Origin: Macrostomum lignano
Lineage: Eukaryota
Assembly: GCA_002269645.1 (NCBI GenBank)
Contig: NIVC01001169.1
Coordinates: 1 to 53,567 of the forward strand
Reading direction: 5' to 3'
Length of the DNA stretch: 53,567 nt
Shown: positions 1-33,999 of the stretch, piece by piece
How positions within the stretch are numbered: position 1 is the stretch's first letter
Layout: every line of letters starts with the position of its first letter
Made by a program: the position numbers and the translations under genes
Notes under the pieces: generated by a model
Database searches by the model: none
What the model was told of the DNA's origin: nothing
Seen by the model: only the letters and a program-made list of their open reading frames with translations

Positions 1-138
1 AATATTTAAATTGACATACCTATATCTTTTTTAAACATTGCTTTGTTCTATATATATTATAAATTGTTTAATTGGTTTAATAAATTGTTTTACTATTACA
101 GTAAGCTGGTCTAATTCAACAAAAAAGGCTAAAAGAAC

Positions 139-3050
139 ATGCTATCCAGTGTAAAAAAACTGGTGGGTGCCGTGCACTCCAGCAGCTGCACCAACAGACA
201 ATGATGAAGATGCTGCTCATTTGGCTAATAAGAAAAATCTGTCTGAGCAGGAAACAGAGCCAGGTGTGAATGTTGATGCAATATCTCTGGAAAGGAGACT
301 GGGGTAAGACAGAGTCTTTTATTTGATACTTGCTATATTCTATGTCAATGAGCAATATAGGCTCATAAACTAATTTGTATTAAATTTTTCTAAGCATATT
401 CAGAAATACTTAAGCTTGAATGGCAGCCAAAATTTAAAACTATTTTAGTGATCATGGACCATACTTACAGGTGTATAGTGTCCCTGACTTTCGCGTCATC
501 AGTCACGGTACAAAATTGAAAAAAAATATCCTTTTTAACATTAAAACTACCAAAGGGTATCCCCCTCCCCTGAAAATTTTTTCGCACTTTCTCAAACAAG
601 AATCAAGTCGCCAGCCCTCCAGACGGTCGAGATATTCAACGATTCTGTCAGAAGGTTTGATGTTTCCCATAAGCACCAGTCAGTGTATTCAGTGCAGCCA
701 CAGATACTGAGTGTCTAGATAGGCCACTCAGGCATAAATGCTTAGCAAAACAGCTTTCTACTTTCAGTTCAGTAGCAATGAAGAATATATAAGCTATTTT
801 AAGAGAATAAAGGCAATTGAGATGACTGATAAGTTTAGAAGCCAAGCTTTCAGACGTAAACAGCTTGCTAATTGGTTCAGCCATAATTTACATTAGCCAC
901 TGAGTCTGAAATGTACATGGCAGATTAGAGCTGGAACAACCGAGGAAGGTAATAAAAATTGGGAGTTTAAGGTTTTATGCCTGACGGGGTAAGAGCCAAC
1001 AAAAGAGCCTTGTCTTAAAAAGACACATTAAAATGCTTTAAGCGTAACTTACTACTGAACTGAAAGTAGCTTACACGCAAATGTGCTGCCTTGCCAAGCC
1101 TTTAAATTTTATCAGCATGTCGACCAAATTTGTCTGCATCAAATATCCTTCGTTAGTCACTGACCTTCACCCACGCGGAGCTTCTGAACCTTCAGCCTTC
1201 GCGTTCAATTCGTTGAATATCTCTTAATTAGCCATTCTCATTCCCCAACTGAACACCAGCAGCAGCAGAAGGACCCGTCAAAGGAGCTGCTGCACACGGC
1301 CAAGGACCTTGGCTCATATATCTACACGTTCGGCAAGCGAGCCACAACCAGTGTCACCAGCAAAGCCAAGCAGCTGGCCGCGGCGCCCAACATTGTCGAA
1401 GAGTTCGATCGGCAGCAGAAGGAATTCGCCAGCAGCAGTCGAGCGCCGGGCGCGGGCCGAGGCCGCCGTGCCGCCCTGGGTTGGCTACGAGAACGAAGAG
1501 CAGCTGCGCGAGCAGATTCTGGCTCTGAGCAAGGATACTAGGAATTTTCTGCGCAGTCCGCCGCAGGGCGCCAGTTTCTCCTTCGATTTGGAGTCCTGCT
1601 CGCCTGTTGCCATGGCAACGCTAGAAGTTGACGATAATTTGCGCAAGATGCGATTCGAATTGGTGCCGAAACGCGTTAAAGAGGCCGAATTCTGGCGGAA
1701 TTATTTCTATAGGGTAAGAGTTTGAATTGATTTAAGTTTGAGTTTGAAAACGTGAGTCGTCCAATAGGCATTGTGTTAGCGCTAAACTTTGCTAGAGACT
1801 TGACTCATAACTCATCAAGCGACGCAAATTCAAACACAACTCAGTGACTTCAGCAAATCTAGCACGCCTCAACTACGACTCTTCCGCTCCATAGTCGCCA
1901 TACATGCCTAGCTTTAAAGTTTCACCCGGCCGTGCGACTTACTTTTTGACCAAAAATGCGACTTGCCTATGAAAAAACCCTGAAGCAAAAATTACCGTAA
2001 TTTTGGGTAAACGAAAGGAGTAACTATAACTGTATTATTAAGGCCAATCACCTCGTCATCTAATTGGTACAACGTTTTTTCGGATTAGCATTCTTGCGAT
2101 TTACTTTGGCCAGACCTCTCGCCACCCGGCCGAATCGGCCAGGTGTTAAGCATGTATGATAGTCGCTATACCGTCGCGCCAGAGTCACTGGCGTCGCAGA
2201 CTAAAACGCCTCAACTCGACTCTTGGGCAACTCTTTGACGACTTCTTGCCGACTTGTAACGTGACATCTCGTCGTTTAAAAAACGTTGAAAATCACTTCT
2301 TTGTCTGTCTTATTTTACCTGTACCACCTGCAACAACTCTGGGGCGCTTCTTGACCGTTTTCACAGGGCTCAACCTCCTCTTTCCCCAAATTACTTTGAT
2401 GCTGTTTTATTGCTGCCCTTTACTGGCCCAGTCTCAGCACCCCTCCCCCGGTGCCTCATCGCCCAGGTGAGCCTCATCCGTCAGTCCTCGCAGCTGTCGG
2501 CCCTGGCCAGATCCAATGCCGCCTTCAGCGGTTCAGCCTCGGCAGTCGCCGCGGCTGCGAATGCCGGCGGAGCCGCTGCCGCCGATTCCGCGTCGACTTC
2601 GAGCGACGCCGGCTACGAGAAAGTCTCGCCTCCGCCTTCGTCTTCGTCGGCTTATCTGCAGCAGCAGCAGTTGCGGTCCTCCCCGGCTTCGTCGAGAGAC
2701 TCTCCAAGAGCAGCCATCCCTGGAGCTGCCGACGAGGATGACGACGACAACGACGGAGCGGACTGTGGCGACTTCGCCAGCTCGGAGCTGGCAAACCAGC
2801 AGCCAGCCGCCCTGTCCTCAGTTGAACGCCAGCAAATCGGCGCGGCACCGCCGCCACTGCTGTCGGATCGGCAGCTGGTGGCGAGGATGCGGACGATTGG
2901 GAAGGCGAGCTGCAACGCGAGCTGAAAGAATTTGAGCTGGTCAATTCTGAGCAGACTAAATCCGCTGCTGCTGCTGCTGGGCCTGCCGGAGAAGAAGACG
3001 ACGAGCTGGAGCGGGAGATCATGGCCCAGCTGGCCAGCGAGGGCAACTGA
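139..3050 (+). CDS. SYAP1: BSD-domain synapse-associated protein 1 (SYAP1/SAP47) homolog, reading frame interrupted by single-base indels
   Basis: Exons about 139-303 (tentative), 1232-1713 and 2467-3050 with phase-compatible GT/AG sites. Translation gives [24 protein letters not shown]...[17 protein letters not shown]...[23 protein letters not shown]|[10 protein letters not shown] and [16 protein letters not shown]...[10 protein letters not shown], matching SYAP1 family motifs. Frame changes are needed near 1455 and 2841, and possibly in the A7 run at about 153-159. Confidence 0.85.
2005..2065 (+). other. Degenerate 28S rRNA-like fragment (R2 target region) inside SYAP1 intron 2
   Basis: gggtaaacgaaaggagtaactataactgtattattaaggccaatcacctcgtcatctaatt resembles the conserved eukaryotic LSU sequence GGGTAAACGGCGGGAGTAACTATGACTCTCTTAAGGTAGCCAAATGCCTCGTCATCTAATT. 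No further rRNA-like sequence is recognisable on either side. Confidence 0.6.
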
Positions 3051-4698
3051 GAGGGCCGGCTCTGTGCCGACATCCTTGCACACTTGATGAAGAATTAATT
3101 ACGGGTCGGATCTAATTCGTGGCTTTTTACTTTTTTAAACTACTATTATTGGGGTTGGCATGTACATTATTGTGTAACACAAACTTATTGGCAACATTTC
3201 ACTAGTAGGAGGAACTCTGATAGTTATATCAAGTCTGGTTTGGATTCAACAAAATATAGCGTACTAAAATATGTTCCTTCGTAAATTGAAAGTTAGAAAA
3301 GGTATAAAAACACTACTTCAGAATCCCGGCGGGTGTGGCGCCGTTGATGCTGCTTACTTGGTAAGTAGTGTAATCAGGTTATAAACTGTGCAGCGGCTTC
3401 TAATACCCGAAATTATGTGTAATAATAATTAATAAATACTTGCGTTATCTAATTAATCACTTTGATTCCCTATATTTTCATTGGTGTGTATCTCTACTAT
3501 AATAGTTTACTCTGCTACAAACTTGTGTTGTGAATCCTATTTTAACTCAGCCGTCAGTCTTGCGTATGCACAAGCTTTTGGTTTATGAGGTGGAAGGCCT
3601 ACCGAGTCATCAACTTGTTCCCTAGCTGTGAAGTCCCTCATCCTGTTCTGGGACAACTCAAGAAGCTAACTGAGAAATTACTCTTGATTATTTGGATACA
3701 AAGATAAATCGTCAGTAGATTTTATTCTGTTAATATAATATAAAAATACAATTATTTATTAACTTGCGTCATTAAATTTTCAATTCAAAATTGTTTGTTT
3801 ATATTTATTTCAGGGTTTTTAACTGCTAGAAATTCCTACCTGGTCCCGTAGTTATTGAGGCTGTTGGTCTTTTTAGAGGGCTTGTTTATCGTTTCTAATT
3901 GAAATATTATTAATAAATATTGTGCGCTTACCAGTTCTGTTCTGAATTGTATATTAAAAATAATAAATGCCCTTTTTAGACTTGGTCTTTGTTACTGTAT
4001 TTAGGCTGATACTTTGAGATATTTCAGAGTGCTAATATTGTCGTTTTGTTTTAATAATCCAGTGCTCCAATAGATTTAATTTAGAATATCAACATTAACT
4101 ACAGTATCTTTATTACGTACTCGTAGACATTCGTAGACATTTCAAAAGACATTTGAAAATTCTCAAAGTTAATGCCGACTTGAATAACCGACTTTGACAT
4201 TGTAACACTGGAGTACTATTGCATTCAGGTTGCGAACTGAAGACAATGTACGTTCAGATTGCATTTTGTAGATTGCATTTTGACTACAAAATGCACATTG
4301 TACATGTAATGTCGAGTCTTTCGAGGAAAATGACTTACACGCCACAAGTACATATATGTACTATATTTTAAGATTGCAGTACGCTTACATACATAAGCTG
4401 TTCTTACTACATGTACGCCTCTACTTCAACATGCATTTACATTTTGTTGATTCTTTATACTACTGTACATCCCAGGAGGATACTTGTTAGCAGTCAAATA
4501 CTCTTGCATGTGCATCTGCCGTGGGATTCGTAGAATGTACATGTAGCAAAAGTTAAACTGTTTGATTTGAATTTTACAATCTCGATAGTTTTATGTTCTG
4601 CAGGGTCAATTTAATCCTACCTTATAATGTATAGTTTCTGCAAACCGATTTTTATGTCAATTTTAAAACCCAAGTCCTATACGCATATATCACTGTAC

Positions 4699-6269
4699 CA
4701 AGGACAACTTGATAACTCAGGACCGGAAACGAGCCAATTCAAGGCGAAAAAAGTATGAGGCTCGTTTAAAAGCATTGTTCTATGGCCCGTGCGTATGCGC
4801 ATGCTTTCAGTTGCCAATGTATACGCGTATCATATTTGACTTTTTGATAGGCAGTCAGAAGGCGGGTGCAGGGTCGGTTTTCTTAAATGTTGAATAGTTT
4901 TATTACATAAGTAACCGTCGTGAAAATACACAATGGGAGATTATACATACGGTACTAGAGGTAAGTACCGTATGTATAGACTTATTGTCACTATCGTTTA
5001 GCATACTCGACTAGAAGCATTGTTTAACGCTGAAGCGTTGTTTAACGCCGATTGTTTAACGATGTCTCAGCGAATCAGAAACGTCCTAGACTGCGCAGGT
5101 TTTGGCCATAGACATTGACAACGACATCGACACTGCCATAGGAAGCGCTATGGAGCGATTCCAACTGTACCATAGACTATCGAGTGAATATAGAGTAGAG
5201 AAATGCAGGGGACTGTGGCTTGATATAAGCTTGCTTGCTTTAACATCAACCACTAAAATGCATCTAATAAAATGGAAAAATCTGCCTACTGATTCTCTAG
5301 TTAATGGAGTGTCTTCAAGCGAAATGGATTTCCTTTCTCTGCTGAGTGCAACCGACCACGCTGGCGACGCTGACCTAGCGGAGTTCATCCGTTTCTTAGA
5401 AGATCCTACGATGGATGACCATTCGGTTCTGGATACATTCTAATCCCATGTCAATGTTTCAACCGGAGCTTCCGTAGCTGCTGTCGTGACGTGGGTGATG
5501 CTGCTGATACATCTGAGATCGTGCAGATGACAACTAAGGACCGTGACGAGAAAACAAGCATCATTCTCAATTTCAACGGCAAATTCGATAATTGCACCTT
5601 TCAATAAATCAAGGGGACGTAAGTCACGGGAGAAGAAATGTGATTTGATAAATGCTGGTGTGTCATAACAATTAGCTAATTGCTTTTAATGCTTCACTAC
5701 ACACATTTTAAAATGCATTCTATGTTTATTCTATGCTTGGTTTTGCTTAAATGTGTGCTTAAATGCGTATTCTGTTTCTCTGTGCTCAATTTGGTGACGT
5801 GTGTGTAAAGTGCATATTCTACGTTTTTCTATGCTCTCAATTTGTTTAAATGTATGTAAAAATGCGTATTCTACGTTTTTCCACGCTTAATTTGTTTAAA
5901 TGTATGTAAAAATGCGTATTCTACGTTTTTCCACGCTTAATTTGTTAACGCACAGTTTGTGTTAAAATGCGTATTTAGTTCATCTATGCTTTTTGTTTTG
6001 TTCATCCATGTATTTGTTAGCGCATGTGTTAAAATGCGTAGCTTTCCTATGATTTTCTATTCCTAATGTTTTTCATGCATTGAACGTTTAGTACAATACA
6101 TATAAAATAAATTGTCTATGGCAAAATTTTCAATCATCGTTAAACAATCAATCTTTGACTGAAGCGTTGTTAGTATGGTAAACCATAGAACAATGCTTTT
6201 AAACGAGCCTCATACTTTTTTCGCCATGAATTGGCTCGTTTCCGGTCCTGAGTTATCAAGTTGTCCTTG
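4699..6269. mobile_element. Non-autonomous class II (TIR) transposon, 1571 bp, hAT- or P-like
   Basis: 87-bp terminal inverted repeats (4699-4785 and 6183-6269, one mismatch) starting CAAGGACAAC. Perfect 8-bp target duplication CACTGTAC at 4691-4698 and 6270-6277. No transposase motif inside. Confidence 0.9.
5815..5945. repeat. Short ~50-bp tandem repeat inside the TIR element
   Basis: ttctacgtttttccacgcttaatttgtttaaatgtatgtaaaaatgcgta is repeated about 2.5 times. Confidence 0.8.
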
Positions 6270-6444
6270 CACTGTACATTATACATGTAGATGATATGAA
6301 ATTTTAAGCCAACTCACTTAACCAGGGGCGTCGCCATGGATTTTATAGTGGGGGAGGACAAAAGCCGAGAATTATACATGTACATGTACATGACTAAATT
6401 CCTAAATGTACATTATTTCCGAATCTGTGTTATCATCAATCATT

Positions 6445-6575
6445 TTAGCGCCGCCAGCACTCATTTTAGCGCCACAGGCACTCATTTTAGCGCCACAGGC
6501 ACTCATTTTAGCGCCACAGGCACTCATTTTAGGCCACAGGCACTCATTTTAGCGCCACAGGCACTCATTTTGATG
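6445..6575. repeat. 21-bp tandem repeat
   Basis: ggcactcattttagcgccaca, about 6 copies. Confidence 0.9.
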
Positions 6576-7736
6576 CTGCAGGCGCTACGTTTTGTCACCC
6601 TGAAGCAAAATTATTGATTTCCATAATGGGTCAAAAAGGTGGGGTGGGGGCCGGGGACAAAGCATTGGCATGTCCCCACATATGTACATCATGTGTTGCA
6701 TCAGGCATAACCGTATATATAGTATAACAGGACGCAAAACTCGAAGATCGTGTAATTTTAGGAGGCCTATTCCCTGAAAAAATTCGCTGCGGGGATAGGA
6801 AACAATCATTTTTTTTCATCGCATAATAATCAGTGATAAATCAACATGTTGCATAGATCAAGGATCTTGAGTTTTACGTTCTGGTATACTACGATTGTAC
6901 AGTGGTCCTTAGTTCAAGCATCCCCAAACAAACAAGCCATCTTTAGGGCGACAATTCAGCTTTAGGCTACTATCAGACGAAGGTAAATTCGTAAGTTTAC
7001 AGAACTTTAATCCACCAAAATTTAGTTCGCGCCTTTTCGGTACTTTATTCCTCCTCTGAAACTATAAAAACGTTTTGAGCAATAAACGACAGAAAAAATG
7101 AAAGGTAAGCAGAAATTTTCAAGCGACCGCCACGTAGCAACAGATTCGATATTGCAGAAAGATTTTACGATGACTAACAAGCTGTCGCTAGCTGCCTGTG
7201 TGGCGAATGAGCTGACGAGCATTTGCGTAAATCCGAAAAAATAAAATCGATGATCGGCTGTTGCCGTCAAAGGGGAGAAAACACTTTTTTCTACTTTAAA
7301 AAATTTGCTGACGAGTGAAAATTTTCTTTTGAAGCAGTTCTTTAGCGAATGTGGGCGATCGCAGCCGCAGCAGGTTTTTACGACCGGCATGGCGTCCACT
7401 GCAGTGGGTGTGGTCGAAAACAGGTCTCGTTTTTGACGCGACAGCTGGTCAAAACGGCGCTCCGACGCAGTTGAAAAAAAATCGCCAACCAAGTTTGTTA
7501 TAAATTGACTTTGCGGATCGGAGTCACCGCTCCTTCGCGATCGTTTGAAAGTCTCGTCCGAGATTTGATTTTCTAACGACTAATTTTGCAAATAGTTTGG
7601 TTAGCAACTACAAGACCTCAGCTCCGTTCGAGAGAACCAGAGATAATTTTCAACATTTACTAAGTAGATATCTGTTGGAAATAAGACGGCCTGGTTGAGT
7701 CGGCTCAGGTAGAAAGTTGACGAAGCCGGGAAGAAG

Positions 7737-30423
<22,687 letters not shown>

Positions 30424-30438
30424 ATTTGAGTCTATTTA

Positions 30439-30444
30439 AATAAA
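30439..30444 (+). terminator. Candidate polyadenylation signal of ap1
   Basis: AATAAA about 15 nt after the stop codon, with T-rich sequence downstream. Confidence 0.55.
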
Positions 30445-32869
30445 GATGATTTGAACAGTTTAACACAGATGCAGTTTTTGTTGAAACTTATTAAAACTAT
30501 TTAGTGCTACTGCCCCGTCTCAACTTGTTAATTTGGTGTGAGGTCCCCAACTCTCGTAGATTCTACTTTACTCAAAACATCCCGAGAATTTCCAGTTTTT
30601 TTCGAACGGGTTAAGAGCACTTTACGAGTATTGAAATCAAGTTTTCGCCGAAGGAGCAAAATCAATGTCTTTTGAAAGCACGTTTAAAAATATAACAACT
30701 AATACATTATCTTTTGGCATATGCATACCCAAAATGCGCATTTTGTCTTGTCTAAATGGACTTTTTATTTTAACTTGGTAGTGAACAGTGAAATGATAAT
30801 CCGTCAATTTGTTTTACTTTAGTTTTCTACTGTAGCTATTCAATAGTATCTCATTTGTATTGGTCTTTCCTTTAATACATGTGCTGAAATCCTCAGTAGG
30901 GCTGTCGCTTGTACAGATCCATCATAGAATTTCGAGGGAACGCCGTGGTAGGAGAGAATTCGCGGAATTGCTGGTCAGTCAGTCAGCCGAAGGCTTGGCA
31001 AAAGTCAAACTTTATCACTATGGAGCGCTAAGTGCGCGTCTTGCAGGTTTCGAAAATGCACCGGATGGCTGCAACTTGCTCAGTGGTAAATCTGCCAAGC
31101 CGAAAACCATTGTGGCAGCTGAGAAGCGGCAGCTGATTTAGCCCAGACAGCTGATTTAGCCATTTCGCAGGTGCACACACATCACGCATACGCTTCCCGG
31201 GAACTCACGGTGAACCCCTAAAACTGCTGCACTCTACCTCGTGTACGCGAATTTTACTGGCTGGAGGCATCGAAACCAACTCAGGTGTTGCACCGGCAGA
31301 ATTCGACCGGCAGAGGCCCGGAATGTCAGACCTGTGGCTGACACGCGCACCTCAATTGCAGCCGCCTCAACCGGCGCTGGACCTCTTCCGTGCGCCCACA
31401 CGTACATGTACGTCAACAGCGGCTCTCGCGGCAACCATGCAGACCAAACGATAGAGGCGCGAGAAGCTACTGCTGGTCCGAACCAGGACAGCCGTGCCCC
31501 CGACAGACTATAACCAAACCACGCACGCCCCCCGCCTCGTGTGGTCGAAGCTAAACTGGACGGCCGATCTGCCCTGATATTGAGCGAAACTGAGCGAAAT
31601 GGAGAAGGTCCACACTGGGAAGCAGCCAGCACTCATGGCTTCCCCAGAAGCATCATCCGTAGATTCACTATCCACTCTAACCCGCCCGACATGCAGTCCA
31701 GAAGGCCCAAGACAGTGACGAAGCATCAAACACCGGCACCCTAGGAGGCAAGTACATGCATGTAATAACCGATGACTCCCATTTGAAAGGCAAGAATGAC
31801 ACTAGGAAAAGCCCAACCTACAAATGTTGCACTGGAGTCGACCGTTAGCGGCAAAACGAGACCTGACCGGCCCTCTGGACGTGTCAATTCTGCCAGGGAA
31901 ATACTATATGTACGTAAATTATCAGAAAAATTGGCCAAGCTGCACCCCGTACGAAGCTGGTCAAGGGCAGGAGCATCATCTGCGCTATACAGTGTAGGTA
32001 CCGAAAGATCGGCCATCGTAGAAAGCCTAATGTAGCAAGGACAAAGCGTAATTTTCGGCGTTGTGAAATTTTGGTCTCATGAATAAGCCCCCAAATATAT
32101 TTGTTTAAATAAATCTGCAAGCCATAATACATGTACAAGTTTGCAAGCCGTTTACTGTTAGTAAGAGTGTAAGCTACTTATCTAAATGCTTTAACTGATG
32201 GCATGACCCAGTGACAAATTTTAAGAACTTACATGTACCCACAAATCATAAATCTTTCTTTGAATATACTCGTAATTTTTTAAGAATCAGGAATTATTGT
32301 AAATTTTATAGTTCGCAGATATTAAAAGTAAAAAATGTCGTAACAACAAATTTAACATACAAAAATTACTCGTATTTGTCAACATTCTTAAAACGTGGCA
32401 ATTTGTAATTTCCGCTTTGTTAAGTTTGTTACGATACATATCGGCAATAGTAAAATTTGCACTAGAACAATCAACGCCAGTATACAGTACTGCGTTTCGG
32501 TAACCTTGAATTCTGTTTGGTTAGAGATATTCTATCTATTAAGTCCGAAATCATCATTCGTAGATTCAGTTAGGTGGTGATCGAACTTCAAAAAGGCTAG
32601 ATTGCGCCGACAGTCGATTTTGGGGTGCTTGGAGGGATCCGAACCCTCTTGTCTTAATTTCAAGTTAAGCATCTTACCAATGGATCACAAGCGAAGTAAC
32701 CGTTCGGCTTGGCTAGCCCATTTTTTACGCAGTCAATATTGCCAATTTAAACAAACCAAAGCGATTGTGAAACGATGCAATAAGTTTTTAACAATAATTA
32801 CAAGTAAGTACAATTAGTCTACTGTCAGTAAAAACAAGAGGATTTTCCTACAAAATTTGTTTTGCTCTT

Positions 32870-32980
32870 ACAAAAAAGGCTAGACTGCGCCCGGCAGTGT
32901 TTATTCATATAATTTGTTTGGATGGATCCGAACCCACGAGTCTAGATTAGAAGACAAGCATCACAACCACTAGATGACTA
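32870..32980 (-). mobile_element. tRNA(Arg)-like SINE head, with a partial second copy at about 32590-32650
   Basis: The minus strand reads GGCTAGTCATCTAGTGG...GTCTTCTAATC...GGGTTCGGATCC (A box, tRNA-Arg(UCU)-like loop, B box). aaaaaggctaga[ct]tgcgcc and ggatccgaaccc recur about 290 bp earlier. Confidence 0.5.
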
Positions 32981-33500
32981 GCCTGGCTTTATCGATGTGT
33001 TTAGCCGACAATAGGTATAGCATTCTAATCCTCTCGTCCTAGCCCACCTTCTTCAAATAGTTCAATCCAATAATAATATTCAAAAAGTATGCAAAATGCC
33101 TGTAACTAAAAATTGCATTAGCTCGAGAACTTTTATGCTTTACATTATATTTGAATTCATAATAGTACAATAACTGTTCTCTTACGAGTACAAGACTTTG
33201 TAACTTTACTCGTACTAGAAAGTAGTTTATTCATATACAAACGTGTTGCTATATACAAAATAAGCAAAGCGAAAAAATATTGCCTTTTAGAAGATTCAAA
33301 TAGAGCTTTGCTTCACTATTAGGAGATGCTAAAGAAGACAGGTCAATAAGATTAGCGAAAAATTCAAACCTTTGGAAAAAACAATAGCAGCGAGAGTGAT
33401 TGCAGGTGTGAAATTCTGCTATTGCAATACGCGAATACAACATGAAAAGTTCACGAAAAAGCAATTGTAAAAAAACTATAGCAAACATAGAAGCAGCGGT

Positions 33501-33840
33501 GACAAAGACCTACTTAAGGATCAGGGGATATTGCCAGTAAGGACAAAGACCTACTTAAGGATCAGGGGATATTGCCAGTAAGGACAAAGACCTACTTAAG
33601 GATCAGGGGATATTGCCAGTAAGGACAAAGACCTACTTAAGGATCAGGGGATATTGCCAGTAAGGACAAATACTACTTAAGGATCAGGGGATATTGCCAG
33701 TAAGGACAAAGACCTACTGAAGCATCATGGGATATTGCAAGTGGTGACAAGGACCTACTGAAGCATCAGGGGATATTGCCAGTAAGGACAAAGACCTACT
33801 AAAGCATCAGGGGATATTGCAAGTGGTGACAAGGACCTAA
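33501..33840. repeat. 41-bp tandem repeat downstream of the RASSF stop
   Basis: gacaaagacctacttaaggatcaggggatattgccagtaag, about 8 copies. Confidence 0.95.
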
Positions 33841-33999
33841 AAAGATCTAAAAACCTAAAACCTAAAGACGTAAAAAATCAAAAAAGGCTAGTGCAGTCGG
33901 ACAAAGAACTACTACACATATTCAAAAAGCAGCAGTAAACAAAGCACTATACAAAATGGCGCGAAAGAACGCAAAGGGCAAGACGGAACGCAATGGTTG

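Noticed and set aside
2525-3083. Minus-strand ORFs overlapping SYAP1 exon 3
   Set aside because: GC-rich antisense shadows of the coding exon.
6323-6680. CAGGGGCGTCGCC MITE-like left end before the 21-bp repeat
   Set aside because: No complementary right TIR or TSD was found.
7022-7492. 156-aa minus-strand ORF upstream of ap1
   Set aside because: No recognisable motif or splice support. It probably lies in the ap1 promoter region.
7499-7504. TATAAA about 235 bp upstream of the ap1 ATG
   Set aside because: A plausible TATA box, but unsupported without TSS data in AT-rich DNA.
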